Origin: Antedon mediterranea
Taxonomy: Eukaryota > Animalia > Echinodermata
Direction of reading: 5' to 3'
NCBI RefSeq assembly: GCF_964355755.1
Contig: NC_092680.1
Span: 5,766,001 to 5,830,000, forward strand
Length of the DNA stretch: 64,000 nt
Part shown: one piece after another, positions 28,301 through 43,300 of the stretch
Position numbering within the stretch: the stretch's first letter is position 1
How the letters are laid out: every line of letters begins with the position of its first letter
The notes under the pieces: model-generated
Database searches by the model: none
Seen by the model: only the letters and a program-made list of their open reading frames with translations
What the model was told of the DNA's origin: nothing
Made by a program: the position numbers and the translations under genes

Positions 28301-31300
28301 CTGTGTTATTGATATTTGGACTGAGTGTGTTGGACATGCGCAACTGTGTAGCTTTGAGGTTATGGATCCGACGTGCTGCGACCTAATTTAATAGTAAACG
28401 ATACTAGTCTTATCTGATAAATTTATAATAGTACACCTATTATACATTTCCCGTAAAGGTAAAGCGTTTGATATTCATCAGACAGATAAAATCACAGTTT
28501 ATGTAGAGAGGACGAGTGCATAGGAAACCAAAGACACACAGAGGTTATAAACTACAATACAGAGTTGCTGTTACTGGAGGCTGTAAACCGACAGAATCAC
28601 ATGACTGCCAAGACTGATTTGATTGGCTGAGTTCATAAACATCAGAAAACTAGTGTTGGCGTTAAAGACTAGTCTACACTTAGCAGACATTGTTTGGAAA
28701 CTCCCGAGTTTATCAAGAAAGGTGTTCTCAGTGTATTTCAGTTGACAAACTTAAGGAAACTGCAGAAATCAAGTTTGCAGAAGTCTACACTTGCAAACTT
28801 TTGTTTGAAAAAACTTGAGGAAACTTCGAGTTTGCAAACAAAAACTTGGTAAAGGTTGCTAATGTAGACTTGGCTTCTTTTACAGATCATTGTTTATATA
28901 GTTTTCCGAAGTTTTTCTGCTATAACAAGCTTTGGAAAACTTGTCTTGTTAAACTTTGCGATTGCTCAAGTTTCCAAACTAAATCTTTTTTCTGGTGTAG
29001 ACTTTGCTTAAAAACTTCCCCAAACTAACAAACTTAGAGTTTGCTAAGTACAGTATAGCCTAGACTGGCAAAGTTTTGTTGAAAAACTCGATTCGAATTT
29101 TGGGCTTATCAAGAAAAGTTTTTCAAAGGTTACTTAGTGTAAACCTGTTGCAAAGTTTGCAGAAGTCTACACACACTAGTAAACTTTAGTTTAGTTAAAT
29201 TCAAAGTTTGCTCGAGTTGAATGTTGCGGTTTGCAGTGCAGGTATGAGAATAATCTTTACATTCGGACAATGAAGGAGCTCGCAGTTTGTTGACAATAAT
29301 AATAATACGTGTGTATTTACTAAACAATATTCCTGGTGTGTTCAACGAACTACAAACATCACACTTGAAGTCGCACAATTTATTAACCACATATTTCATT
29401 CTCCTGATTGCAGCGAATACAGTTATGATGGATGACTTCCCAACCAAGATCAGTAATAAAGTTCGTTTATTATACTGACAACTAGCATGTCAACACATGT
29501 CATTAAATTACTTCTTTTCTCACCTTCAGTCTCACATGTGCGCATATGTAACTGAATTCTAAGCACTGAAAGATCATAGCTGAGGGGCAAAATCCATTAT
29601 AGTATGATTATGTCAAATTATTCATAAAGATTGTAACGTGTTCGTAGGCGATATTTTACTTACCATTATTTACTTTTATCTTGGCAGATTTATCAACATG
29701 TTCATCCACGATAATGAACAGTGTGCGTTTGCCGAAGGAAGAAATATGTCTACCAATACGGGGAATGTGGAAAACCTCTCAATCACAATTCATCGTGACC
29801 CAGACGTCAGACCTACCTGCAACTGTCACCATCATCGCAGGGCAGAAGAAGTTCTTATGCAACAGAGGTCTACTGGCGTCAAACAGCGACTATTTTAAGA
29901 CTATCTTTGAAACAGACATGCGGGAAAAACATACGGGTCATGTTTCCCTGGATGGTATAGATGCAGAAAGCTTTGAAGTAATTTACAACTTTATGCGTTT
30001 AGGTCATACTAAATTCAAAAGCGAGCAACTATATTCAATAATGTATGCTGTAGAATATTTATTGATTGATCGGCTTGCTACTGCATTGATTGATGCTGTG
30101 TCTACGCGAGTTGTCAGAAGGGATGTCACAGAATCCGTTGACTTGTTTCTGGCAGCAGATACGTTTCACTCTTTTCAGAAACTAAGACAACAAGCATTTA
30201 CTAAGTTATGTTGGGATTTTACTAGATTGATTGAGAGTGATGAGTTGCATCATTTACCGAGAGAGGTACTTCTGGAATTAGTCTCTTCTCCTAGATTAAA
30301 TGTAAGCAGTGAACTAGATATATTTACAGCAATTATCACGTGGACAGATCACTCACCTTCTAACAGACGATCATTCTTGAATGGTCTTCTGCAGCACGTC
30401 CGGTTACCTCTGATAAACATTGGTGATCGTGTTAAAATTATCCAACCAATATTGTCGCGGTTTAAGATTTCATTAGAAGCTCTGGAATCGGATGGCATAT
30501 ACGAAGCACAGGTTGATAAATGCGCAGTGGCCATGAGACGCAAACCAGATCAGTTATCCTCACTTATGAAGCCTAGAATAAGAATGGGCACAGAACGTAT
30601 CTTACTCGCCGCTAAAATTTGCGCTGTTAATCCTAATATTAGGTATTCCTCTGTGAAATGGTTTCTGGTTGACCCACGGGCAGGGATGGCAGACGATGGC
30701 TTGTTTCTAACAGATTTTAAAGAACTAGAAAACATGCAATCTTTGGATACCATAAGTATCGTTGGAGAGGGGAAAGTAATTTATACACGTGATTTCAAGT
30801 CTGCACCGCATATTCATGTGATAAATATGGAAACGCGAGAAAGAACAACAATCCCCTGTCCACTGCCGCGTACAGGTAGTTCAAGAGAAACACCATTAAA
30901 GACTTTAGGAAAGAGCAATAGTAAGAAAAATAACGAGGTGCTGTTATTAGGACTATTAGATAACTGTTTATTTGCTCTTGTCATTGAGAAACTTTTTGGG
31001 AAATCTTTGACTTTGTATTCTTGTAATATAGAAACGAAGGAGTGGGAGTTTAGAACTATTTTGTATACGACACATTTTTTTGATGAACCAAGTGGTATTT
31101 TCTACGGTGGGTTGTTGTATATTTTTACGTACATTTCAAAGGATAGGCGCGTATCAGGTCCAGTAAATCATTTTGAGGTACATGCGTTCGATCCACGGAC
31201 TGATGTTTGCTCAATGAGGTCGTACTCAGAACCTCTGAAACCCCTCACAGTTGTCGGCATGGCAGATCAATGGATTTACCTTGTGCCAACGTTTGGACAT

Positions 31301-31588
31301 GATTGCGTGTATCGTTATAACACGGTGAATTGGGACGTATCGAAAGTTACGGATTCGATGCCGTGTGATCATGAAGGGGTAAATGATATAACACGTGCAA
31401 TATTTGTAATTGAATGTCGTTTATTGTGCGCGTTTATTGAAGCTGGACCCGAACGGATGAAGTTATGCGCGTATTTATTAGTAAATGATCTTTGGACGGA
31501 GATTCTTCAAATGCCACTTATCGGTGTAACGATTCCAGACAACTGCAAGAAGTTGGTCGAAGTCCAACTGAAAGGATTTTGTATTTAG
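25388..31588 (+). CDS. Divergent BTB-BACK kelch-like protein (putative Cullin-3 adaptor), 666 aa, with an N-myristoylation motif
   Basis: Exon 25388-25487 (MGNYTSKK...AMST, donor G|GTAAGT) splices in phase 1 to the acceptor at 29687 and exon 29688-31588. BTB (VTIIAGQKKFLCNRGLLASNSDYFKTIFETDMRE) and BACK (LNVSSELDIFTAIITW...LLQHVRLPLI) are clear; the C-terminal beta-rich region has degenerate kelch repeats. AATAAA at 31991. The large exon is firm; exon 1 is inferred. Confidence 0.85.
28666..29180. repeat. Degenerate MITE-like repeat cluster (agtctacact.../tttgcaaac)
   Basis: Repeated agtctacact and aagtttgc/gcaaactt motifs; related sequences at 59722-59920 and 61355-61470. Confidence 0.45.
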
Positions 31589-34563
31589 CATTATTTATTG
31601 ATGAATTATTGGCTGTGAAACAGAACCTGGTTAACCATAACAGAGATAAATGTATAGCATATAATGGCATATACTTGGTATACTCTGGAATTTATTCTGC
31701 CTTGTGACTGATTACGTTGTCGATGTGTAACTCTCTGTTGAACCTCTAAATGGGCCTAAACACACTCCCTTCCAATTATAAAAATAGAACTATAGCCGAC
31801 AGTTACTACCAGTATCCTATATAACGTGATAGGGTCTAGGCTATTACTTACATGTATTGAATTGATTATTTATATAATATGTAATATACTAATATATATT
31901 TATGTATGTAACTGGTAAGGATAAGAATGTGTGTATATCATAGTATACAACTATATTTATATAACATTGTATAGATAGAACCAACCTTTCAATAAAACAT
32001 TTTTCTGAATTTCTGGAATGTAATCCCTAATGCGTTGGCGAAACATTCCTTTTAGGCATGAAGTTGTTAACAACCAATCGTGTTGGAAATATTTACAAAA
32101 AAACACATTAAAATGTTTGAATTGTATACACGCGGAGTGTAACTATAATTTATACGGAATACTGTTTACTGTACTGATGAGAATACTCTCCAATCCACTT
32201 TACTTGTCTTCCAATTTACATATTAGACGAACGTTTAATAGGTCACAAAACGCGTTAACCAGCGCGTTACAAACGCCATCATAATGCGTCATTTGTGCAT
32301 GGTACAACTCGATTTTAATGATTATATACGCAGTATGTTCCCATTACTGCATTACATGAAGTGTTCTGTTTAAATGCGTAGGTCATGCGACGATTATTAT
32401 TGTATCTGTTTGGCTTTGGCAAATACGACAGATATCATTATGCAACGTTGTTTTGAAACACTTAAACCTGTAAAATGTCAGGCTATCTGCTGTCAGAAAT
32501 TTACACTGGTGATGAATATTAAAATATCATCGATCTAGGCCTTATACTTCTTACAGTTTGTGTTTCGTGCATTTTCATGTTGTTGATTACGGGGCTTGGG
32601 GTGATCAAATTCAGACTGTAAGTTGTCACTGCTGTTTCAATCCCGATCAAGCGATCAATCCCTTCAAGAGTATTTAGAAGTGATCTATTTCGTGGCTCGG
32701 CAACTTCCCATATAACATTAACCGAATATGTTTAATTTAGCATGTAAACATTCATGTTTGGCCGAACATTGTGGGTGAGTCAATCGACCATGGGAATGGA
32801 GAACCACACACTTGAGTTAGCCTAAAGTTTAACTTGAGTTGCTGTGATTTGAATGTATTTAAATGGTTCGTAAAAATTATAATGCGTAATGTCCATCCGT
32901 AATCTACTTGCAAAATGGTTTAAAACAAATTGAAATAAATGTTTCTATATTGTTATACGTAGCTTACAGATGTATTTTCCCCAAATTATGAAAAATGAAG
33001 ATTAATTAAATCAGACTTTGAATATGTTGTTTTGTAGTTTTTTAAGTTAATCACTTCCGTAGAAAAAAAAAAACATAATGTTTGAACTTATAAAACCAGG
33101 CAGCCAAATTTGACCATTTTTGCTTAAAATTTCAGTTTTTTCAGGTAAATACATTTTTTCGATCCAATTTTTGGTCAAAGTGGATACTTTTTATGTTACA
33201 TTAAAATGGCATATTCAACAAAGAATGTTTAAGAATTATTTTTTTCAGGGGGACAACACATCTTTAAGTTTCTTAATGCGCACATGATGAAGCTGTAATA
33301 TGGTTCTTTGAAATGTTGTTATTCTCCAGGTTTTACAGACGGCATATCAGATATGTAATTCATGTTGGCCATTCCAGTTGAAATACCGAATTATGAGATT
33401 ACCTATAATCACATGAACATTTTGAACTAGTTTTACAAGATGGTTTTATTATATTATTATAATGTTATGAAGAAGGATATATGTAAGGATAAGTATGGTA
33501 TGATCATGAAAGAATAAGGTTTGGTATTATAAAGTTATTTTTATAATACCAGTGATTAAAGTATAATAAACGATTCGTAACAAAATTATATAATGGCTAG
33601 TGTAGATTGAATTGTTTGTTTTGACTTGGTCACATTAGAAAAGAAGCGAGTTCGATCCGAGCGTCATAGGATTGGTTAAGATGGTTCCACAACGCAAGTG
33701 ACTTATGTTCAATCACAAACGATAGTTCATAATGCTAATCCATGGTCGCGTCGTGATAAATAATTACTTGCGCTGCGCAACGTCATTGCGTTGCGTCCAC
33801 ATTGTTCATGACGTTTTTTGAACTTTTCACACAAAGACATTTTTAAGTGATAAGATTTTATTGTCAGTACGTCAAGTTTTAGACTATTTTTGACAAGAAA
33901 GTGTATAGATGACGTGCAGATATTCCAAAATGAGTTAAAATTGTATAAACTACTGACAAGGAGTATCAACAGAAGTCCAGCCTTGATGTTAGAGCTCAAT
34001 CTCCAACAAATCTTTAACATTTTAAGCTAGATTTCGGTCGGAAGTATCGTAATTACGGTACGTTACTAGTGTTTTTCTTCATCAATTTCGATTTTGGTTA
34101 AATAAGCCTACATTATTTTGATGTGGTTAATTTTCTTACATGCAGCCTAGACGAGTAATCGTAATCAATATTCCGCTTTAGTTATCCACTGTTTATCATC
34201 TCCCGCCGTTCGTCATGTTGTTTATACGTAGCCTACTGTGGATGGATGGTTTAGCCACCGGCACAATCAAATCAAATATTATTTCTAAATCTTTATAAAG
34301 TAGAATTTGAAATTGACTCGTAAATTTCTATGCACCATATTAGTATTATGTTATCAGCTTACAGGCATGGTTATCAGATAGAATATAAAGTGAAAATGTT
34401 TGAATAACGCCTATCCACTGTTAAAAGTGCTTGAAAATTCATGGATCGTAATTTTGAAACCACATTATCTTAACTTGAATTTTCTTACGCATACAAATCA
34501 CAGTTTATAGTTTGGTTATTTCTTAAAGAATTCTATTCTTCTAATTTGTCTTCGTCTTTTTTA

Positions 34564-34711
34564 AGCTCTCTGTCTACACTATACTTTATGTAACAACGAA
34601 ATATATTGACATGGTGATGCCATATCACTACCGGTTTTGGGCATATCATTACCATATTTGAGCACATCACACTTTTTTTTGTTAAACTAGTTTGATAGTG
34701 TAGGCAGAGCT
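34564..34711. mobile_element. MITE M1 copy
   Basis: Same TIRs and internal repeat as 10027-10197, opposite orientation. Confidence 0.8.
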
Positions 34712-36058
34712 TCATACATTCTACCTTTTTACATTCGTCGTTTATATAAAACGCCAATCGATGAAAAATGTGTGGATTAGCACGATCAATAATGAATTTT
34801 AATTCCACCTTTTTTATGTTCTCTCAAAACCCACGCGTCATATAGTTTACATGATATTGATATTTGTTTTATTCAGAAAGTGTTTTTTGATCAAATATCC
34901 GCATAAATGCTGAAATTACAAAAACTAATGTGATAGTATATAGGAGCTTCAATTATCAATGATATTGGAAAGCGATAACGACAACTTGTAAAACAAAATT
35001 GATGAGACACATAAATGTAACATCTAACTATCTATTTGTGATGATTTTTATAAATGATGAGTAGTAATATAGACAACGATCAGGGGAGTTGATTGCCTAT
35101 ATAATACTGGGAAGGGGAAGGTTTACTGTACGAACGGAGGAGATACGACGCGATCGGCACAATTGCCCGCTCCAGCTGAATTGTGTTCTCTAGCGACGGA
35201 GCACTTCATTTAGCCTATTTTTTAGTCATGACTTCCATTACAATGGCAAAAATTGGTGACACCATGGGCGTGGTAAATTTGAAATTAAATTTGAATAAAA
35301 ATGTATGTGATTATGGGTATTGATTATGAGTATGATTGAAGGAATGGCACGGAGACTTTATCGTTTCGGGACGGTGACGAAGAATGTTGAATCTGAAGTT
35401 ACGATGAACAGAAGGTAGAAATTGAATAAAATAAAATAAAAATAAATTAACTGGGCTTAGGCCTATATACGCATTTATTTTGTATAAATTGGACCGTCTT
35501 CTTCCTGAACGAAAAGCTCGCTGTCGCTAATGACGACGATGGCTGCAGTTGTTCCGATCCTGTGATTGTGGTTGCGAAGTAATGGCCATTTATGTCGATG
35601 GTTTGGGAATACAGTATCAATGTTTGCAGACAACAACAGCACAGTTTCATTAATGATTCCAACAAATGATCCATTTATGCAAAATTATTCCACTTATGAG
35701 TTGCGTAGGCCTAATGTATTCGAAAAGGCAGACGATGGGATATAAAATATCAAATCTCTCTGACAGTTCAATTAAATTCAATATTAACTTCGTTAGATAA
35801 TTGGCCTACTCAGTATATAATTACGCAGTAAACAGTGTATTTATGCATACAATATTTATTTGATTGAGGTAAATCAAAATAAAATACATTGTAATAATAT
35901 TAATATTATATTATTGAACTGTACTAGTTCTATTTGTGAAGATTCTGAAGTTGTACGTACATATTACAATTGTTTTGATGACGACTCGGGGGATACAATT
36001 ATCGTCACAACTTGCAACGTCGTCAGAAAATCTTGAACAAGAGGTCAATGCCGCCTAA

Positions 36059-36352
36059 AGATCTACACTATCAAACTAGTTGGCAAATAAAAGTGTGATA
36101 TGCCCAAATATGGTACTGATATGACATCATCATGTCCATATATGGCACATTACATTCTTTGTCACATAAAGTTTGATAGTGTAGACAGACCTTTAAATCT
36201 TGGTTCCCACTAGGACACAATACAAGGACGTAGGCGCAACGCAATTAACTTGACCAATCACAGGCGATGGATTATTCAAACCGTCGGTCGTCATTGGTCA
36301 ACTCGATTGAGTTACGCTTACGTCCTTGCGTTGCGTCCCAGTGAGAATCAAG
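36059..36352. mobile_element. Adjacent M1 (36059-36192) and M2 (36196-36352) MITEs
   Basis: TIR matches to both families. Confidence 0.75.
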
Positions 36353-37722
36353 GAATAGAAGCTAAATTGAACTTGCACCTTTTTTTCATAGGCTCACTTT
36401 ACGCGCATGTATATAAATAAAACCAATAGTAAAAGGTCTCTTACAAATTATATGCCTGACACATTCTAGTTCTATTCGCCGTCAATATTTGTCGTTATAC
36501 CCTCACATTCAAATCAGTCGTGGTTTCAGGTGGGGAAGTGTGGGGTTGGGGTTAAAATTGTGAACTTAAACTAGGCTGGCCTACATCTGATTTGTTTGTT
36601 GAAATTTGCCTGTCCCCAGCCGTGATCCGGTACGACTCACTGGTTGACGATCGAAGGCCATAATTATTTATAGAATTTTTACAGTTAACTTCATATCTAG
36701 CTCTAAATAAACATGAGCTGCTAGCTTAAATGATAATACAGCGATTTGCGTTTCCATCGCTACAAATAATCCGTTCCCACTTTGAATTCTGCAATCGTGT
36801 TAGTGTGGTCAGATATTACATAAATACACATTTTCTCGTGCAAAATTCAGTGGCGGATGCCGGTTTTCGAAATAGGAGGGCCCAGTGCCTATAGGCCTAC
36901 TACTTAGGAGAAGTGCTATAATTGTCCTCCCTTCTTTCATTGCAATTCTCACACCATCCCAATTTTCACCCTGCCTATGCACTTTGTTGAAACATGGAAC
37001 TATTATAGTTCCATGGTTGAAACAATTCCGAAGGGTCACAAGACCGGTAGTACAGGAACACCCCAACATCAAACATTTTTATACGTACACGACCGATCTT
37101 CTAAACGTCTTTTAAATACTAATAGATGTGTAGACCATTCAACAAAAACCAACCTGCACTCGGCGTGTGTCTTCCTTGATTGATAATCGAAAATTGGGGC
37201 CTTTTGGACCTCATTGAGTCCGAGGAGAGTTCGGACTGCAGGCCTATCTGACTGATAATACCTTACACGACAGTGACTTTTAAAATGTATACAATGGACA
37301 CTAATTCATTTAGTGAGGGTTTTGTAACTTTAAAAAAGTGTGTGTTTTACACAGGATGATAATTGATAGTGATCAAAGATTAATCATCAAAATGTAAAAA
37401 TCAATAGATGCCGCTGTATCCTCTTTATTCATTTTCAGAACTCTGTGCAGTACGGTTGCCTACCACGATTCAATTCTGAAAGTTTTAACATTTAAAAATG
37501 TGTTCATAGTATGACCAATAGTGTGTTTTAAATAGGGATTTGAATTGTATATTTCGCTTGCCCGTCTAATGAGAAGTATGAATATCAGAATAAACACAAT
37601 CTTCTTATCGTGTTGGTAAGATACTACGCACTGCGTGTGTTGGAGAACATATTGAGGGCGATATCTACAAAATTACAATCATCACATGAACACGTCACAC
37701 ACACAGAATAAGGCGACGAAAA

Positions 37723-37758
37723 ATAAGATAAGATAAGATAAGATAAGATAAGATAAGA
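37723..37758. repeat. (ATAAG)n microsatellite
   Basis: About 7 tandem ATAAG units. Confidence 0.9.
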
Positions 37759-38309
37759 TTTTTCTTTATTGTCATGAACACAACAAGGCGAACATGAAAT
37801 TGGTTTTCCTTGATGCTTAAAAACACATACAATATATAAAACATTAAAAATATCAATACATTAAAACTATATACAGTAGTAAACAAGTAAACAAACTTTA
37901 GTACTTTTTTCTTCTTCTATTCCTTTTTGTATATAAGGTCCATCAATGTCTTTGGTTGTAATTATTTGTATGCCTTTCACAAATTGTGCAATTAAAACAT
38001 GTTTATTAATATTAATTTATTTATATAGGAATGAATGATGTAAAATAGAGATAAAAAAGAAAAAAAAATGTTGAAAAAGTACTGTTTATGTGGTCATTTT
38101 TTAATTTTACGTTGTAGTTTTAAATTCAAAATAACAAAAATAGAGAATTATTAAATTACGCTTTAATCTTGTCCAAGTTTAAAAACATTCAATTGAATTC
38201 GGTTTATTAAACATATGCCTATATAATGAATGTATTTATTAATATAGACTATGAATAGGCCTATCAGTGATTCATTATAAACGTAACAACGTCAAAACAC
38301 AGAGGTCAT

Positions 38310-38398
38310 ATATGTGACGTCATGCCCGGAAGTGCGCCCGCGCTAATGGCTGTAGATTAGTCACGTGATAATGCTTTTGTGAGTTTTGTGAGAAGCAG
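38310..38398 (+). promoter_or_regulatory. UBAP2 promoter and non-coding first exon
   Basis: CRE TGACGTCA (38315), ETS/GABP CCGGAAGTG (38326) and E-box TCACGTGA (38361), followed by donor CAG|GTAAGG at 38398; acceptor at 40268 precedes the ATG. Confidence 0.6.
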
Positions 38399-40322
38399 GT
38401 AAGGTTTAGAAAGACAATTTTTTCACATTATGTTTGTTTATTTCCTTCAATTTGTTTAAACATTATTTAGTGCTTGTATAATTCTCAAATGTTTGAAGAA
38501 TCATAATATGCTTATAAATTAAGGTTATGTATCTAAATAACAAAGATATTGAATATTTTATCCTATAATCGTATACAAAGTTAACCGCATTTCGTCACAT
38601 GGCTGCGTTTTGTGAATGTTTTTGTCTGCCTTTCACAGCTCAGCTGAGTGAGGTGTGTTGGTGTGGTAGGCCTACGTCTTTTTTGCACACTGCACAGGAT
38701 ACACATTTTTTTTTCATTACACAAGTTATAGATAGCATTTTTTTATAATTTTCAACAGCATAATGAGCTAAAGTTTGCTAAGGAAGGCCAGACTTGTTTC
38801 AAATTTATATATTAAATTTGATTAAATCAAATTTGATGGGGTAACTTTTTTCTATTCATTCAGTCAGGAGAAAAGAGAGGGCCTACCGAGGTCCTATAGA
38901 AGGATATCCTATGGTTAGCTCCTTACAACTTATTGGATGTGGGTATAAAGGTATAGGCTCTTGCGCTTTACTGTAGCTTGTTCTGTGTTTAAAAAAAAAC
39001 CATCCAATAAACAATATATTCATAATTCTATGTATCGTGGGAATATTTTTGTATCGCTTGTGTAAATGATACATTCTGAAACCTATCGGAATTAAAGTTA
39101 ATACTAGGATAATGAAATGATTTTAAACCTATCAAAAATATCAGAGTTACGTCACAGGAGGTAGATTTAACCAATAATTGATTCGGATCAGCTTAACTCC
39201 ATTCTTCTATGCTTAAACTCTACATGAACATAGTAAACTGTAAGGAGCAGCTTTTTGTTTGGAGCGTATCATTATTTATAATACCTAGACATGACTGTCT
39301 AGCCCAATCATTATAATGCTTTATGACTGTCGATCTTAACTAATATAATAATTCATTTTTCAACACAATAACCAATGATTGTTCCACAAATGATTTGAAG
39401 TGAACATGAATTCTAAAATCAGAATTAAATGTAGCCAATAAAGTTTACTTGAAACTTTTCTGACATTTAAAGCTATAAATTACATTTAATGGAAATCCAC
39501 CTTTAATGTGAAGATTTCGATCTTGGTTTTATAAATAATGTACCCAATCGTAGAGGTCAATCATAAAGATATTATAGTGAACTGTAATATCTCTATGGGT
39601 CAATCAAGTTTACTTCCACCCAGTCATAATGTGAAGACAGCTTTAGGTTAACTGCAGGTTGGACACAATGATGAAATTCAATTTTAATAGAATGGCTAAT
39701 TCAGGTTGTGGACCTCTGCCAATTAGTGCATTGCGACCTAAATTGTTTTCATTGGGTGTTATAAAGGTTGTACCCAATCGCAGCGAGAGTAGCTATTTTG
39801 AAATATTGGTTACTTATTGATGAACTTTTGCACGTGATTGTCTATTTTCAGTTTTTAGTATAATATTCAAAGTTGAAAGTCTTTTTCATGTAGTGTTTTT
39901 GCAACAGTATTTTTCTACTATGACGACAAGCACAAATAATTGTATTTTCGAACACCTGGGAACACCTAATGGCATTTATCCTCTTATTAATTTTTGTATT
40001 TTGTAAATCATGTATATGCATTTTAATCTGTATATTTTACTGTACTGTGTGTTTCACTTTGTGTTTTAACATTTTACTGATTTCATTCTATTTTTATATT
40101 AAGTTACCATGAGAAAAACCAATTTCAAATCTTTCGCTGAAATATTTGACAATAAAGTTATCTTGTATCTGACAATATTGTATTCCTTTCATATTCTAAA
40201 TATTTAGTATAATTTGTACATGAATTGATTGAAGGGGTAAAATCTAACTAGAGTATCTTTGTTTACAGATTCTAATTTTGTATATACATTGCTTTGTATA
40301 TACCTGTATAGGACAAACAAAA

Positions 40323-43300
40323 ATGGGAGCTACACGTGCAAATACAAAAGGGGGTGGGAAAAACAAAAACACATCAGATAAAAACACAACACACACGGCT
40401 GCTAAGTCTGTAACGGTTTCCGAGTCACCATCAAGTAAAAAGGTGAGTTTATTTTGATCATAATATAGGCAGGTGAACTTGTTACCAAATTCAACTTCAG
40501 TCGCTGATGTAATTGTCATTCAGCTTAAACTAGGCACAGCTTATTAATGATATGGTATGTTTTTAGATGCAGGCAACACCAGATCAATTACGAATGGCCC
40601 AAATGTTATCATCTGATGTTGGTAGTGATAAAAGTGTTGAAGTAAATAAACAAGTTCAACAGGTACCGTGTACAATTAAACTTTTTGTAATAATATTTAT
40701 TTATAATATATGAAAAGATGTCTTGTTTTTCAATACCAATTTGCAACTTTTAAAAATTTTTTTGTAATAAACTATCTCATTATTATAATTGTCTCCTTAA
40801 TTATATATAATATACTGATGTACAGTAATTATAATGATTGGTCATCTGGGCCTAAAATATAACAAAACTGTGTAGAGGAATCGACACATCCCAATGGCAT
40901 TCTTGGGTCTTCTCAAATCGAAAGCTTCATATCCGATTATCTGTCTTATCGGATTCTGAATCCATTGAAAGTTTGAAGCTCTGTCTACATTATCAAACTA
41001 GTTTGACAAAAAATGTGTGATGTGCCCAAATATGGTACTGATATGACATCATGTCCATATATGGGCACATCACATTTTTTTTTGGCAAACTAGTTTGATA
41101 GTGTAGATAGAGTCAGTCAATCAGGTTACTGTACTGTGCTGAACCGTCATCCTCAGTACATGTCCTAGACATACAAACACATTACACATTTAAAACCTTG
41201 TTAATGACACCTTGTTGTATTTATAGATTATGGATGTCACTGGTAAAAGCGAGGAAGCTATTTTATCAGCCCTTTATGATTGTAATTACCAAACAGAACA
41301 GGCTATCGTAGCACTAATTGAAAGTGCTGATGATTCGGTAAGTACACTTTTTTTTTTTCTCATCAAAGAGAAGTTTTAGTCCTGAGTACAATGAGTTTTA
41401 TTTACAGTATTATTTAACATCTTACATATCATGCTGCACATTTTTAGGCAATCAAAATCATACCATGTCATACAAAATGTAGTTTCACAATTCAGGGTTT
41501 TAAGTCTATTGTTTTTCTAGCATACTTGGAAGTTGTTTATTTTTATTCATAAGTTAATATCTAATGTACTAGAAGAACTGGGTTTCTAATACCTGTTCAC
41601 ACTAAAGAAAACCTGATCACAATATTGCTTGTAAATGATGATAACCCCTGACACCTCATTTGAAAACATATCATCTCCATGGTTGTCATGATACCATCTT
41701 TTCATTCATATCTGATACAAGTAATAAAATTGCGAAAACAAATTTGTGGTGCAGCGTTGTGTTGGCAGTGTATTTATTCTCAATCAGTTGTAACTATTAA
41801 TGTGAGTTTAAAGTTTTAATAATGTTTATTTTTTCTTTATTAAGAATGAGTGGCAAACCATTAGCAGTAAGAAAAGCAAATCACAAAATACACAGTCAAA
41901 TAAACAGAGTGATTCCACTATAGACATTAAAGAAAAGTCCGACAAGAGGGATCGTGGTGATCGGGGAGACAGGGAAGATTTTAAAGATGGAAAGTCACGA
42001 GAAGGAAGGTCGAGCAGAGGTCGTGGTCGAGTACCACCACGTATGGCAAGAGGTAATTTATAGTTTTTGACAGTCCACCCATCCTTTTTAGAGAACCTTT
42101 GTCTTCCAATAATTTGTGATAATTTCCTTGTCGCAGGGCGTGGTCGAGAAAATGGATCAAGTCGAGACAATGATGACCAAAGTTTTGGTGGGGATCGAGG
42201 CTTTAGCAATGACCGAGGTGGTTTTGGCAATGAACGACGAGACAGGAATGAATCTGGTAGAGGACGAGGAAGAAGATTTGGTATGTGTTTCAGTCTATTA
42301 ACTAATTATAATAATAACGGCCTGTTCACACACAAACATGAATCATTAGCTTATATCCCAGAGTGAGCTTGTGGTAGTCTTGCGTCCGTTTATTTATAGT
42401 GGTGAATATAGGTATAAATGGATTAACACAAAATGATATTATTTATTGATATAAATTATTATATCTAAAAATGTTGTTATCATTATATATGATCTTTTTA
42501 GATCACATGAATGGCAGTGGAGGAAGACGAGGGGGTAGAGGGAGCTCGAGGTCTTTTACAAACTCTAAATTTGGGTAAGTTATCTTGTAATGTTACAGTG
42601 TAAAGAGCTCTACTACATACTGGTTAATTATATGATTTATTTAATTCATAAGTTATGATATAGTGTAGTATAGTACTAACCTTTCTATAATACTACACTA
42701 TTGAATGGTGTAAAAAGGTATTCATTTTGAGATATTGCTTGTAAATGATGATAACCTCTGACACCTCATTTGAAAACCTATCATCTCCATGGTTATCATG
42801 ATACCATCTTTTCATTCATATCTGATACAAGCTCATTTTCATTGCACTAAAACAACTAAAACCAATCAATATGCCTATTAGTATCTGGCGTTAATGTTTA
42901 AGAGGTATTGTTTACAAATGCATAATTATTTTGTTTTATATTTATGGGCATGGTTTTTGCTTGGTTGTTAAAGCTCTGTCTACACTATCAAACTAGTGTG
43001 ATGTGCCCAAATATAGTAGCGGTATACCCAAATACGGTATGACATAATTATGTCCATATATGGGCACATCACATTTTTTTTGTAACATAGCTGGATAGTG
43101 TAGACAGAGCTTAACAGTAGTATCAAATGCATTATATCATGAAAGCACACACCCAATGCTGTCCATATTTTTTGCATGTAAATTTAGTGATATAGTATAT
43201 ATGATGAAAAACGCTGTTTGTTTTCATTCAGAACATTTGAAGGAGATGCATTTACAGGGGCAAAACCGGGTGATAATGTTTGGACCAATCCACCAAAAAC

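Noticed and set aside
29681-29713. TTG start of the 635-aa ORF
   Set aside because: It spans a splice acceptor (ttggcAG at 29687); the real start is the upstream exon or the ATG at 29714.
35100-37250. GC-richer patches with short ORFs and hairpins (RNase P or HDV-ribozyme-like candidates)
   Set aside because: I could not build a consistent exon chain, recognisable protein motif or complete ribozyme/RNase P core.
41826-42230. 134-aa minus-strand ORF
   Set aside because: Antisense shadow of the RG-rich UBAP2 exons.
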